From contig WKFK01000008.1 in the NCBI GenBank assembly GCA_014872815.1, positions 52,534-116,533 of the forward strand: 64,000 nucleotides of DNA. The letters are read 5' to 3'. The translations under genes and the position numbers were made by a program. Shown here in pieces: positions 18,264 through 27,282 of this stretch (position 1 is the first letter of the stretch; each line of letters starts with the position of its first letter). The DNA comes from Paracoccaceae bacterium (lineage in GTDB: Bacteria; Pseudomonadota; Alphaproteobacteria; Rhodobacterales; Rhodobacteraceae). A model generated the notes under the pieces. It did not search any database, was not told the DNA's origin, and saw nothing but the letters and a program-made list of their open reading frames with translations.

Positions 18264-19130
18264 CTAGCCAGATTTCAAGCTGGCGCGCGCGGCAAGGACC
18301 GCGCCGCCAGTGATCAGCAAAGCCGCCGCGCCCAAGTGTATCGTGGGCTCGGCAAACCCAGTCCCCACCAGAGCCAAAGTTGACAGCAACGGGGCCGCAT
18401 AAGAGGCGGTTCCTAAGAGTTGGATATCACCGCGCTTTACCCCCACATCCCAGACATAAAACGCCAGTCCAACAGGGCCGAGGCCGAGGGCGAGGACCGA
18501 CACCCAGGTGAGCGTGTCGGCGGGCCAGACGGTGTCTTCAAGTGTGAGGTGCAAGAAGGTGGAGAGCACGGCGGTGGCCAGGCAGAAAACTACGACCGAC
18601 ACCGTGGGAATGTCGCCGAGGCGGCGGGAGAGCACAGAATAGCTGGACCACGTGACGGCGCAGGCCAGCGCTAGCCCATAGCCGGGCAGATGAGCCGGGT
18701 TGAAGCCGAGACCGCCGCCACCAATGATCAGGGCAGCGCCCAAGAAGCCAAGACAGGCACCGAACAGGTGGCCAGCGCGCAGGCGTTCACCGGGCAACAG
18801 GCCGGACATCAATACAATCAGAAGGGGCCATAGGTAGGCGATGAGCCCGGCCTCGGCCGCAGGCGCGAGGCGCAGGGCGGAGAAATAGAGCGCATGGTAG
18901 CCAAACAGGCTGAAACTACCAAAGAGGTAGACCTTGAAGGGGATGTTGCGCAGGGCGCGCCACTCGCCTGTAGTGATGGCCCAAACAACTCCCAGCGTGC
19001 CGCCGATGGTGAAACACAGTGCGTTGAGCATAAGCGGCGGTGTTGGGGCGCTGCCAACCGTGAAGAGGGCGAGCAGAGCCCAGAGCAGCACAGCAATAAA
19101 GCCAACTGCGGTTGCTTTGCTGCGGGTCAT
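18264..19130 (-). CDS. DMT/EamA-family transporter (YddG-like exporter)
   Basis: About 10 TM helices, LIAYLWPL and SYAAPLLST motifs; ATGA overlap with the LysR stop. Confidence 0.88.
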   Translation of the reverse strand: MTRSKATAVGFIAVLLWALLALFTVGSAPTPPLMLNALCFTIGGTLGVVWAITTGEWRALRNIPFKVYLFGSFSLFGYHALYFSALRLAPAAEAGLIAYLWPLLIVLMSGLLPGERLRAGHLFGACLGFLGAALIIGGGGLGFNPAHLPGYGLALACAVTWSSYSVLSRRLGDIPTVSVVVFCLATAVLSTFLHLTLEDTVWPADTLTWVSVLALGLGPVGLAFYVWDVGVKRGDIQLLGTASYAAPLLSTLALVGTGFAEPTIHLGAAALLITGGAVLAARASLKSG

Positions 19131-20077
19131 GCGGGGGGAATCTCCTCGATCGGCGTGATGATCAAGTTCTCTGTCACTTCGGCGGTTTTGTCTATCTCTG
19201 CCATCATCCATTCGCGCAAAGCGGCGATGTGGGGGCGGTCCTGCGTGCCATCGCGGCAGAGGAAGCGAAAACGGGCCTGGAGCCAGATAGCGTGTTTGTA
19301 AGGCGCGACAAGGCGGCCTTCGTGGATGTCTTTCACCACCAGGGCGCGGCGGCCGAGGGCGATGCCGGCGCCAGCCAGGGCGGCATCGATGCTGTGGTCG
19401 GCACCGGTGAAGCGCGGGCCATGGGATGTGTCGATGTCGAGCTGCATCAGGCGGCACCAGGCGGCCCAGTCCGCGCGGGGGCGCAGGAAGTCGATGGATT
19501 CATCGTGTATGAGCGTGGCGTTTTTTAGGCTGTCCGGCGTGGGAAAACGTTCGGCCATTTCAGGCGTCATCACCGGGGTGACCCATTCGCGGGCCATCGG
19601 GTAGGTCCAGAGGCCGGGCTCGTCTTTCAGAAGGCCAAAGCGGACGGCGACGTCGACTTCGTCGCGGTTGAAGTCGAGGTTGCGCAGGGTGGCGGAGAAG
19701 CGCAGGTCGATTTCCGGATGGGCACGGGCAAACTCATAAAAGCGTGGCGCCAGCCATTTGGCGGTGAAGGCGGGGCCTGCGGTCACCATGAGCGTGGCGT
19801 CATCCATCTGGCGCTGGGCGGCGCGCCAGGCGGAGGATAGGGTTTGGAAACCTTCCTGAATGCCAGGGGCGAGGGTCTCGCCGATTTCGGTCAGAGCCAC
19901 AGCGCGGTTCAGGCGGTGGAACAGCGGCGCACCGAGGTGCTCTTCAAGCGATTTGATCTGATAGCTGAGCGCGGCGGGCGTGACGTGCAGCTCGTCAGCG
20001 GCTTTGGCAAAGGACATATGGCGTTGTGCGGCATCAAAGGCACGCAGGGCGGTGAGAGGGGGGAGGCGATCGGACAT
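19127..20077 (-). CDS. LysR-family regulator, GcvA/AmpR subfamily
   Basis: LPPLTALRAF..SF.KAADELHVTPAA.SYQIK.LE HTH; WLAPR..EF...HPEIDL. Confidence 0.92.
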   Translation of the reverse strand: MSDRLPPLTALRAFDAAQRHMSFAKAADELHVTPAALSYQIKSLEEHLGAPLFHRLNRAVALTEIGETLAPGIQEGFQTLSSAWRAAQRQMDDATLMVTAGPAFTAKWLAPRFYEFARAHPEIDLRFSATLRNLDFNRDEVDVAVRFGLLKDEPGLWTYPMAREWVTPVMTPEMAERFPTPDSLKNATLIHDESIDFLRPRADWAAWCRLMQLDIDTSHGPRFTGADHSIDAALAGAGIALGRRALVVKDIHEGRLVAPYKHAIWLQARFRFLCRDGTQDRPHIAALREWMMAEIDKTAEVTENLIITPIEEIPPA

Positions 20078-20083
20078 AGTCAG

Positions 20084-20098
20084 TTAAATACATCTTAA
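20084..20098. promoter_or_regulatory. TTAA-N7-TTAA dyad, probable LysR recognition site
   Basis: TTAA-ATACATC-TTAA 6 nt from the LysR start; GTCAGTTAA repeated at 20079 and 20153; also fits the CtrA consensus on the minus strand. Confidence 0.6.
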
Positions 20099-20193
20099 GT
20101 GAAGCTAGGGAAAGTCTCGTTTGTCTCGAAGATATGTTGGCGCCATATTGGGGTCAGTTAAGTTTTCCATCGTCAAACAGAAGAGAGGCTATC

Positions 20194-20352
20194 ATGATCG
20201 AGACCGCTATCACCGCCCGCACTCAGCAAGCCTACCAGGATGCGCATGCCGCCCGCAGCGCTGCCTTTGTTGGGTTTTTCAAAGCTCTGTTTGGTGGCAA
20301 ATCCGTTCCGCTGAACCATGGTGTTCTTACGGAACCGTCCCGCTGCGCCTAA
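20194..20352 (+). CDS. Small hypothetical protein (52 aa) divergent from the LysR gene
   Basis: RBS GAGAGG; MIETAITARTQQAYQDAHAARSAAFVGFFKALF; own terminator. Confidence 0.7.
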   Translation: MIETAITARTQQAYQDAHAARSAAFVGFFKALFGGKSVPLNHGVLTEPSRCA

Positions 20353-20370
20353 GGCTGGCACTTACGGGGC

Positions 20371-20405
20371 AAAAGAGAAGGGCCGGTCAGATGACCGGCC
20401 CTTTT
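20371..20405. terminator. Bidirectional terminator
   Basis: AAGGGCCGGTCA/TGACCGGCCCTT 12-bp stem with A-rich and T-rich flanks, between convergent genes. Confidence 0.85.
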
Positions 20406-20424
20406 GGTGTGTGGGGTGTGTGGA

Positions 20425-21147
20425 TCACACGAAGAACTGACCGCCGTTGGCGGAGATGGTCGAGCCGTTGATGAAGCCAGCGTCGTCAGAGGCGAGGAAG
20501 GTCACGCAGCGCGCGATTTCTTCTGGTTCACCGAGACGTCCGGCTGGGATCTGGCCAATGATCGACTCGCGGACTTTCTCCGGCACGGCCATCACCATCT
20601 CGGTGGCGATGTAGCCAGGGCAGATGGCGTTGGCGGTGATGCCCGCGCGGGCGCCTTCCTGAGCCAGGGATTTCACGATGCCAAGGTCGCCGGCTTTGGT
20701 GGCGGCGTAGTTGACCTGGGCAAATTGACCCTTCTGACCGTTGATCGAAGAGATCACGATGATACGGCCAAATTTGCGCTCGCGCATGCCGGCCCAGACA
20801 GGGTGCACGGTGTTGAACACGCCGGTCAGGTTGGTGTCGACCACTTCGTGCCACTGCTCCGGGGTCATTTTGTGGAAGGGGGCGTCACGAGTGATGCCAG
20901 CGTTGGCCACAATCACGTCGATCGGGCCGAGATCCGCTTCGACCTGTGCCAGACCTGCTTTGGAGGCCTCATAGTCGGCCACATTCCATTTGTAGGTCTT
21001 GATACCGGTGGCTTCAGTGAAGGCGGCGGCCTTCTCGTCGTTGCCTGCATAGGTTGCCGCAACTTCATAGCCTTCGGCCTTCAGTGCTTTTGAGATGGCT
21101 TCACCGATACCGCGGCTGCCGCCGGTGACGAGTGCTACTCTTGCCAT
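20425..21147 (-). CDS. phbB: Acetoacetyl-CoA reductase
   Basis: TGGSRGIG, NAGITRD, SSINGQKGQFAQVNYAATKAG and QIPAGRLGEPEEIAR motifs. Confidence 0.96.
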   Translation of the reverse strand: MARVALVTGGSRGIGEAISKALKAEGYEVAATYAGNDEKAAAFTEATGIKTYKWNVADYEASKAGLAQVEADLGPIDVIVANAGITRDAPFHKMTPEQWHEVVDTNLTGVFNTVHPVWAGMRERKFGRIIVISSINGQKGQFAQVNYAATKAGDLGIVKSLAQEGARAGITANAICPGYIATEMVMAVPEKVRESIIGQIPAGRLGEPEEIARCVTFLASDDAGFINGSTISANGGQFFV

Positions 21148-21200
21148 GATGGTCCTCCAAGTGAGTAAATGTGTTGGTAACTCTGTTACGTTTTTAAATC

Positions 21201-21243
21201 ATGTTGCGCAACATAATTACGCGATGAATTGCCGCACTGCAGA
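21201..21243. promoter_or_regulatory. Operator-like palindromes upstream of phbB
   Basis: Perfect ATGTTGCGCAACAT (21201-21214), plus TTGCCGCACTGC (21229-21240) shared with the phaA promoter. Confidence 0.45.
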
Positions 21244-21282
21244 TATTTCTTGCTGCTTGTGCGAAAAATGACCTCCCAGTAC

Positions 21283-21313
21283 AAAAAAGAGGCGCCCAAT
21301 GGACGCCCCTCTT
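21283..21313 (-). terminator. Probable terminator between phaA and phbB
   Basis: Imperfect GC stem with a T6 tract on the minus strand. Confidence 0.55.
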
Positions 21314-21339
21314 ATTCTCAAACGCATAGGGGCGTTGCG

Positions 21340-22518
21340 TCAAGGACGCTCAAGGCACATGGCCACACCCATGCCGCCGCCGATGCAGAGGGTTGCGAGA
21401 CCTTTTTTGGCGTCGCGACGCTTCATTTCAAACAGCAGCGTGTTCAGGATACGCGCGCCAGACGCGCCAATTGGGTGACCAATGGCGATAGCGCCGCCGT
21501 TCACGTTTACGATCTCGGGGTTCCAGCCCATGTCCTTGTTCACGGCGCAAGCCTGTGCAGCAAAGGCTTCGTTGGCTTCCACCAAATCCAGCTCTTCCGC
21601 GGACCAGCCTGCTTTGTCCAGCGCCTTGCGGGAAGCGTAGATCGGGCCAACACCCATGATGGACGGGTCCAGACCGGCGGTGGCGTAAGACGCGATGCGA
21701 GCCAGAGGCTCGATGCCGCGCTTTTCCGCTTCGTCTGCGGTCATCAGCAGGGCGCCAGCTGCGCCGTCGTTGATGCCGGAGGCGTTGGCCGCGGTGACGG
21801 TGCCGCCATCGCGAACGAAGGCCGGGCGCAGTTTCTGCATGGCTTCGATGGTGGCGCCGTGGCGGATGTATTCGTCGGCGTCCACAACGATGTCACCCTT
21901 GCGGGTCTTTACGGTGAACGGCACGATCTCGTCGGCAAATTTGCCAGCTTTCTGAGCGGCTTCGGCTTTATTCTGGGAGGCGACGGCGAACTCGTCCTGG
22001 GCTTCGCGGCTGATCTGCCACTTCTCAGCCACGTTCTCTGCGGTTTGGCCCATGTGGTAGCCATTGAACGCATCCCACAGACCGTCGCGGATCATGGAGT
22101 CGATGTATTTCACGTCGCCCATTTTGGTGCCTGCACGCAGGTGCGCCACGTGGGGGGAGAGCGACATGTTTTCCTGCCCGCCTGCAGCTACGATGGCGGC
22201 GTCACCCAGTTGGATGTGCTGTGCAGCCAGAGCCACGGCGCGCAGGCCGGAGCCACACACTTGGTTGATGCCCCAGGCGGCGCTTTCGATTGGCAGGCCG
22301 GCGTTGACGTGCGCCTGACGGGCCGGGTTTTGACCTTGGCCACCGGTCAGAACCTGACCGAGAATGGTTTCAGACACATCCGCCTTTTCAATGCCGGCAC
22401 GCTCTACCAGTGCGTTAAGCACGGTGGCGCCGAGATCATGTGCGGGGGTGTTGGCGAAGGAGCCGCTGAAGCTACCGACGGCGGTCCGAGCCGCGGAAGC
22501 AATCACTACGTTGGTCAT
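21340..22518 (-). CDS. phaA: Acetyl-CoA C-acetyltransferase (beta-ketothiolase)
   Basis: [31 protein letters not shown] and LCIGGGMG motifs. Confidence 0.97.
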   Translation of the reverse strand: MTNVVIASAARTAVGSFSGSFANTPAHDLGATVLNALVERAGIEKADVSETILGQVLTGGQGQNPARQAHVNAGLPIESAAWGINQVCGSGLRAVALAAQHIQLGDAAIVAAGGQENMSLSPHVAHLRAGTKMGDVKYIDSMIRDGLWDAFNGYHMGQTAENVAEKWQISREAQDEFAVASQNKAEAAQKAGKFADEIVPFTVKTRKGDIVVDADEYIRHGATIEAMQKLRPAFVRDGGTVTAANASGINDGAAGALLMTADEAEKRGIEPLARIASYATAGLDPSIMGVGPIYASRKALDKAGWSAEELDLVEANEAFAAQACAVNKDMGWNPEIVNVNGGAIAIGHPIGASGARILNTLLFEMKRRDAKKGLATLCIGGGMGVAMCLERP

Positions 22519-22614
22519 ATGCAAATCCTCTACAAAATGCTGGGCGAAGCATGTGCGGGACCGCCCCCCTCAGGCAACCCGCAAAACTCCGTTTCCGTAG
22601 CGTCAATAGCGCAT

Positions 22615-22631
22615 TTGCCGCACTGCGGCAA
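22615..22631. promoter_or_regulatory. Palindromic operator upstream of phaA (PhaR-like)
   Basis: TTGCCGCA-C-TGCGGCAA perfect 8-bp inverted repeat. Confidence 0.5.
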
Positions 22632-22721
22632 CGGTCAGGCTGTCACAGGGCAAAAGTCGCATGGCGAGATTGCGCTGATGACGGGTCGGTGCGGTTTTGC
22701 AGAGTAAGTGTGGCGGTGGAT

Positions 22722-23558
22722 TTAGGCCGCGTTGGATTTCCGTTGTTTCCACGGTGGGGAAATGGTTGGTGCACCAAAGGCAAAGCCTTGCAGGCAGTCA
22801 AAGCCCAGGTCGGCCATCATTTGGGCGTCCGCCGGGCTTTCGATGCGGCTTGCCACGGAATGCATGTCGAACCGCTCACAGATTGCCGCAACGGCGGAGG
22901 CGATCACCTGATTGCTGCCGTCTTGGGAAATGTTGCGGCTGAAGCTGCCGTCCAGTTTGATGATGTCGAAATCAAAGTCGCGGAAGACGGTCAACGTGGT
23001 TAGGCCGGCGCCGTAATCATCCAGCGCGAAGGACATGCCTTTGATCTGCAGTTCTTCCATAAACCCCTGTACGATCTCAGGGACTTGCACCACAGATTTT
23101 TCCGAGATTTCAAAAATCAGTCGCTCTGGTATGGTGGCGGCGCGGGTCAGGCCACGCTGCAGGCAATCCATCCACGGTGCATAGCCAATAGAGCGGGCCG
23201 ACATGTTGATCGACAAACGCAATCCCGGCTGTTCGGCCAGAGCTTGAAGGCCGAGCTCCAGCGCCAAGACGTCAAGTTGTCGCCCCAGTTCGCTGTCTTC
23301 GACCGCGCCCATGAAGTCTTTCGCAGGAATGATACGACCGGTTTCATCCAGAACCCGCACAAGGCCCTCATAGAACGCCGGACGTTTTGTGTTGGAGGCT
23401 TGAACAACCGGTTGATAGGCAAGCAGAACCTGTTTGTGCGCGATGGCTTCGCGCACCATGTCCAGCGTCGAAGAGTCTCTGGTGTCCAACGCATAGGCAA
23501 GCGGGCTGCGATGTTCTCGCGCCGCACCGGCTTTGTTCTTTTTCTTTGGGCGATCCAT
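22722..23558 (-). CDS. Stand-alone EAL-domain protein, partly degenerate
   Basis: YQPVV, EGL (EAL), INMS, FEISE, LDDYGAG, IKLD and LQG motifs; EGVE replaced by SRIE. Confidence 0.85.
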   Translation of the reverse strand: MDRPKKKNKAGAAREHRSPLAYALDTRDSSTLDMVREAIAHKQVLLAYQPVVQASNTKRPAFYEGLVRVLDETGRIIPAKDFMGAVEDSELGRQLDVLALELGLQALAEQPGLRLSINMSARSIGYAPWMDCLQRGLTRAATIPERLIFEISEKSVVQVPEIVQGFMEELQIKGMSFALDDYGAGLTTLTVFRDFDFDIIKLDGSFSRNISQDGSNQVIASAVAAICERFDMHSVASRIESPADAQMMADLGFDCLQGFAFGAPTISPPWKQRKSNAA

Positions 23559-23757
23559 GGCAGGCTTCCCGTCATCCCATTTGGCAGCGTGTCTATTTAA
23601 CGCCACATACATGAAGCATGTCTTAAATTGCCGCTTGCGAGGCCTGTGGGGCAAGGCCGTTTTAGCCCTGTTTTTATATAACTTGAGGTGAGTTTTGGCT
23701 CTTTGAGGCCGTCGTGCGTGCCCTGTTATTACGTGATGAAACGGTGCGGTTTGGCGG

Positions 23758-24375
23758 TTAGTTGGTCTTATGGATCACGCGGCATGCCTGCCGTGCAGGG
23801 CTGGACAGCAGAGGCAACAGTGCTTCCTGAGTGTCGCGCAGGGCCTTGTTCGCCGCTTTTGCACAGCGTCTGAGGGCTTGTTCCTGAGCCACTTGTGTGG
23901 AGGCTTCCGCCCATGAATATCCAACGGCACCGCTGTCAGAGATGGCAAAAGCGCCAGACCGTTTTTTGTTTTGAAGCTTGAGGTACTCGCGAAACTCTTT
24001 GTTGGCAGAATGAGACAGCGTGATCTTAAAGGCCGCAGGGTTATAATCCTTTGGTACACTGCGGGCGTACAGCACGCAGTAGTCCGGATTGCGAGATTTC
24101 TTGTGGCAGAGCGTTTGGGCATAAGCCTCGGCTAGCCAGGGAGAGTTGGCGTTGGAATAGACGCCAGCAAGACGTTCCGGGCGATTGACGTAGATGGCGC
24201 CGAAGTAATCGGATTTGCGTTTGAATTGTCGAAACGCGCCGCGGGCATCGCCTCGCAGATCAAAGGTTTTGACCATCTCGACTTTGGTCCGGTTGCTTTG
24301 TTTCGCAACCTCCTGTGCTGCTGCGGGCAGAGATAGGGAAAAACTGGCAAACAGAACCAAGGCGTGGCGGATCAT
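23758..24375 (-). CDS. Exported hypothetical protein with two DUF4189-like half repeats
   Basis: Signal peptide (AAA/QE); YFGAIYV..AEAYAQTLC and GAFAIS..GYSW..AQEQALRRC. Confidence 0.6.
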   Translation of the reverse strand: MIRHALVLFASFSLSLPAAAQEVAKQSNRTKVEMVKTFDLRGDARGAFRQFKRKSDYFGAIYVNRPERLAGVYSNANSPWLAEAYAQTLCHKKSRNPDYCVLYARSVPKDYNPAAFKITLSHSANKEFREYLKLQNKKRSGAFAISDSGAVGYSWAEASTQVAQEQALRRCAKAANKALRDTQEALLPLLSSPARQACRVIHKTN

Positions 24376-24418
24376 TTTTGTCTCTTTGTAGTCGCCACGC
24401 AGTGGGCCGTTTGGGTGA

Positions 24419-25021
24419 TCAGCTGTCGTCCTGACCGATCACAGCCAGCAGGATAGCACGGGCATTCTCGCTGGACCAGTCTGCATCCCCTTGTAAACGT
24501 GCGATTTCACGGCCTTCCCGATCCATGATGATGGTGGCAGGCAGGCCGAAGACGGCCATTTCCCGTGCAACGGCCTGTTTGGGGTCGCGGTGCAGCGGGA
24601 GATTTGTAACATCAATTTCGTTAAAGAACTTCTGCATGGCGGGCACCATATTTCGCCCGGTGGCCAAGGTTACGACTTCAAAGTCGTCACCGCCGAGTTC
24701 GGTCTGGAGCGCTGACAGCATGGGCATCTCGTGTCGGCAGGGCGCGCACCACGTGGCCCAGAAGTTCAAGAGAACAACTTTGCCTTCATAATCACCTAAG
24801 GTGGCTTCGCCGCCGTCCTGGGTGATGAAGCTCTGTTGCGAGACTTCTTTGGGGGCAGAATGGAAATTTAGTTTGCGCATATCGCCGTCGCGCATGTCTT
24901 CGAGTGCGGAATAGTCGCGGATTTCGGCCTCCGCCGAAGGGTTCATGGCAACAAAGGACAGGGCGGCAATTGCGATTGCTGCCAAGCCTGTATAAACCAG
25001 CGCGGACCCATTTACTTTCAT
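24419..25021 (-). CDS. tlpA: TlpA-family thiol:disulfide oxidoreductase
   Basis: N-terminal membrane anchor; [17 protein letters not shown] and GLPAT motifs. Confidence 0.9.
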   Translation of the reverse strand: MKVNGSALVYTGLAAIAIAALSFVAMNPSAEAEIRDYSALEDMRDGDMRKLNFHSAPKEVSQQSFITQDGGEATLGDYEGKVVLLNFWATWCAPCRHEMPMLSALQTELGGDDFEVVTLATGRNMVPAMQKFFNEIDVTNLPLHRDPKQAVAREMAVFGLPATIIMDREGREIARLQGDADWSSENARAILLAVIGQDDS

Positions 25022-25043
25022 TTTCCCTCCAAAAGGGCTTCTC

Positions 25044-26438
25044 ATGACCAAAGATACCTCAAACCAGATGTGGGGTGGCCGTTTTGCCGCCGGACCGGAC
25101 GCCATTATGGAAGCGATCAACGCGTCTATTGGCTACGATCAACGAATGGCGGCTCAGGACATTGCTGGCTCTCGGGCCCATGCGGCGATGCTCGCCAAGA
25201 CAGGCATCCTGACAGATAGCGACGCAGAAGCCATTCGGGAAGGGCTTCTCACGGTGTTGTCAGAGATCGAGGGGGGCACGTTCCAATTCTCAACTGCGCT
25301 GGAAGACATTCACATGAATGTGGAGGCGCGGCTGAAAGAGATCATTGGGGAGCCTGCGGGGCGTTTGCACACGGGTCGGAGCCGAAATGATCAGGTTGCG
25401 ACCGATTTCAAACTTTGGGTGCGGGATCAGATTGATGCGGCCATTGCGGGGATCGAAGCGCTGATCCGTGCGTTTGTGTCGCAGGCAGAGGTGGGCGCGG
25501 ATTGGGTGATGCCGGGCTTTACCCATCTGCAGACCGCGCAGCCGGTGACATGGGGCCACCATATGATGGCCTATGTAGAGATGTTTGGCCGTGACTTGTC
25601 ACGTTTCAAAGACGCGCGGGAGCGGATGAATGAATCGCCACTCGGCGCGGCGGCGCTGGCAGGGACGTCTTTCCCGATTGACCGTGAGATGACCGCCAAG
25701 GCGCTGGGTTTTGACCGTCCGGCGGCCAACTCTCTGGACGCGGTGGCGGACCGCGACTTCGCGCTGGAGTTCCTGTCGGCCTCCAGTATTTGCGCAATGC
25801 ACTTGAGCCGCTTTGCCGAGGAGCTGGTGATCTGGTCCTCCGCGCAGTTCCGCTTTGTCACACTGTCGGATCGCTTCTCCACCGGCAGTTCGATCATGCC
25901 ACAGAAGAAGAACCCGGATGCCGCAGAGCTGATCCGCGCGAAGATTGGTCGTATTTTTGGTGCCAATACCGCGCTTCTGATGGTCATGAAAGGCTTGCCG
26001 CTGACCTACTCCAAAGACATGCAGGAAGACAAAGAGCAGGTCTTTGATGCGGCGGATAACTTGATGCTGGCATTGGCGGCGATGGAAGGCATGGTCAAAG
26101 ACATGACCGCCAACCAAGACAGTCTAGAAGCGGCAGCGGGCAGTGGCTTCTCCACCGCAACCGATCTGGCCGACTGGCTGGTGCGGGCGCTGAACATGCC
26201 GTTCCGCGATGCACACCACGTGACAGGCTCGCTGGTGGCGATGGCGGAAAGCAAGGAGTGTGACCTGCCAGATCTGACGTTGGAAGACATGCAATCCGTG
26301 CATGCTGCAATCACAGAAGATGTGTTTGGTGTGTTGGGTGTGCACAATTCTGTGTCCTCTCGCATGTCTTATGGTGGCACCGCGCCCACCCGTGTGCGTG
26401 AACAAATCGCCGCTTGGAAAGCCAAGCTGGACAGCTAA
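25044..26438 (+). CDS. argH: Argininosuccinate lyase
   Basis: [22 protein letters not shown] and [14 protein letters not shown] motifs. Confidence 0.98.
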   Translation: MTKDTSNQMWGGRFAAGPDAIMEAINASIGYDQRMAAQDIAGSRAHAAMLAKTGILTDSDAEAIREGLLTVLSEIEGGTFQFSTALEDIHMNVEARLKEIIGEPAGRLHTGRSRNDQVATDFKLWVRDQIDAAIAGIEALIRAFVSQAEVGADWVMPGFTHLQTAQPVTWGHHMMAYVEMFGRDLSRFKDARERMNESPLGAAALAGTSFPIDREMTAKALGFDRPAANSLDAVADRDFALEFLSASSICAMHLSRFAEELVIWSSAQFRFVTLSDRFSTGSSIMPQKKNPDAAELIRAKIGRIFGANTALLMVMKGLPLTYSKDMQEDKEQVFDAADNLMLALAAMEGMVKDMTANQDSLEAAAGSGFSTATDLADWLVRALNMPFRDAHHVTGSLVAMAESKECDLPDLTLEDMQSVHAAITEDVFGVLGVHNSVSSRMSYGGTAPTRVREQIAAWKAKLDS

Positions 26439-26578
26439 GCCCAATGGGGAGGCGACGTGGTCGCGCGGCGTTTCCCCTTTTCATTTCCTGACGTTTTTCC
26501 GTAAGATGGACGAGTCGATGGCTTTTGCGCTGGGGGCGTATTGGCTTAGATCGATGCTGTTGCCACGGGAGATCCCTT

Positions 26579-26776
26579 ATGTTTCGCGTTATTTTTGCCT
26601 GTGTGAGTTTGGCGTTTGTCTCCGCTTGTGGCGTGGATGGAGAGCCATGGACACCTCGTGCCAACGCCAATATCGGGATTGGCTCTGACGGAGTGTACAC
26701 ATCCGGTAGTGTAGGGGTAACCAACGGCACCGTGAGCATCTCTATTGGCGGTGGGTGTCGCTGGTATGGCTGCTAA
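26579..26776 (+). CDS. Small lipoprotein, possibly LptM/YifL-like
   Basis: RBS GGAGA; lipobox VSAC followed by GVDGEPWTP; lies between argH and lysA. Confidence 0.65.
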   Translation: MFRVIFACVSLAFVSACGVDGEPWTPRANANIGIGSDGVYTSGSVGVTNGTVSISIGGGCRWYGC

Positions 26777-26880
26777 GGGTTTAGCCCCTTGAAAGCCCGT
26801 CCTTAATCAGGACATTCTGATCCGAAGCAAAGGCGGCGCCGTACCTGTGGTGCCGCTTACTTTTTGGGATTGGGGAACAC

Positions 26881-27198
26881 ATGTCACCTTTGCGCTGGGT
26901 ATTTCTTGGATTGGCCATTTGGGGCGCGATCCATCCGATGATGTATTTCGGTCCGTGGATTGCTGAGAATGGCTTTGACTTGCAGGCCATGGTGGCGCTG
27001 TGGAAAGCCAACGATGCAGTGACCGGCATTTACTGGGATCTCGTTATCTCCGCCATCACCCTCACGGTGTGGGTGCTGGTTGAGGTTTGGGTGCGGCGCA
27101 ATTGGATTGCGCTTTTAGCGATTCCGGCAACTTGGATGATTGGGGTGAGCTGTGGCTTGCCGCTTTATCTGTTCCTGCGGGCAAAACCGGTCAAGTAA
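26881..27198 (+). CDS. DUF2834-family membrane protein
   Basis: Three TM helices; WDLVISA and GVSCGLPLYLFLR motifs. Confidence 0.8.
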   Translation: MSPLRWVFLGLAIWGAIHPMMYFGPWIAENGFDLQAMVALWKANDAVTGIYWDLVISAITLTVWVLVEVWVRRNWIALLAIPATWMIGVSCGLPLYLFLRAKPVK

Positions 27199-27282
27199 GT
27201 CTGCCGAGGAGCATTGATCGGCGCTGCGCCGCGGCGTATGAGAGAGACCGAACGACGCTAGCGGCACTCAGGAGACGGCACT

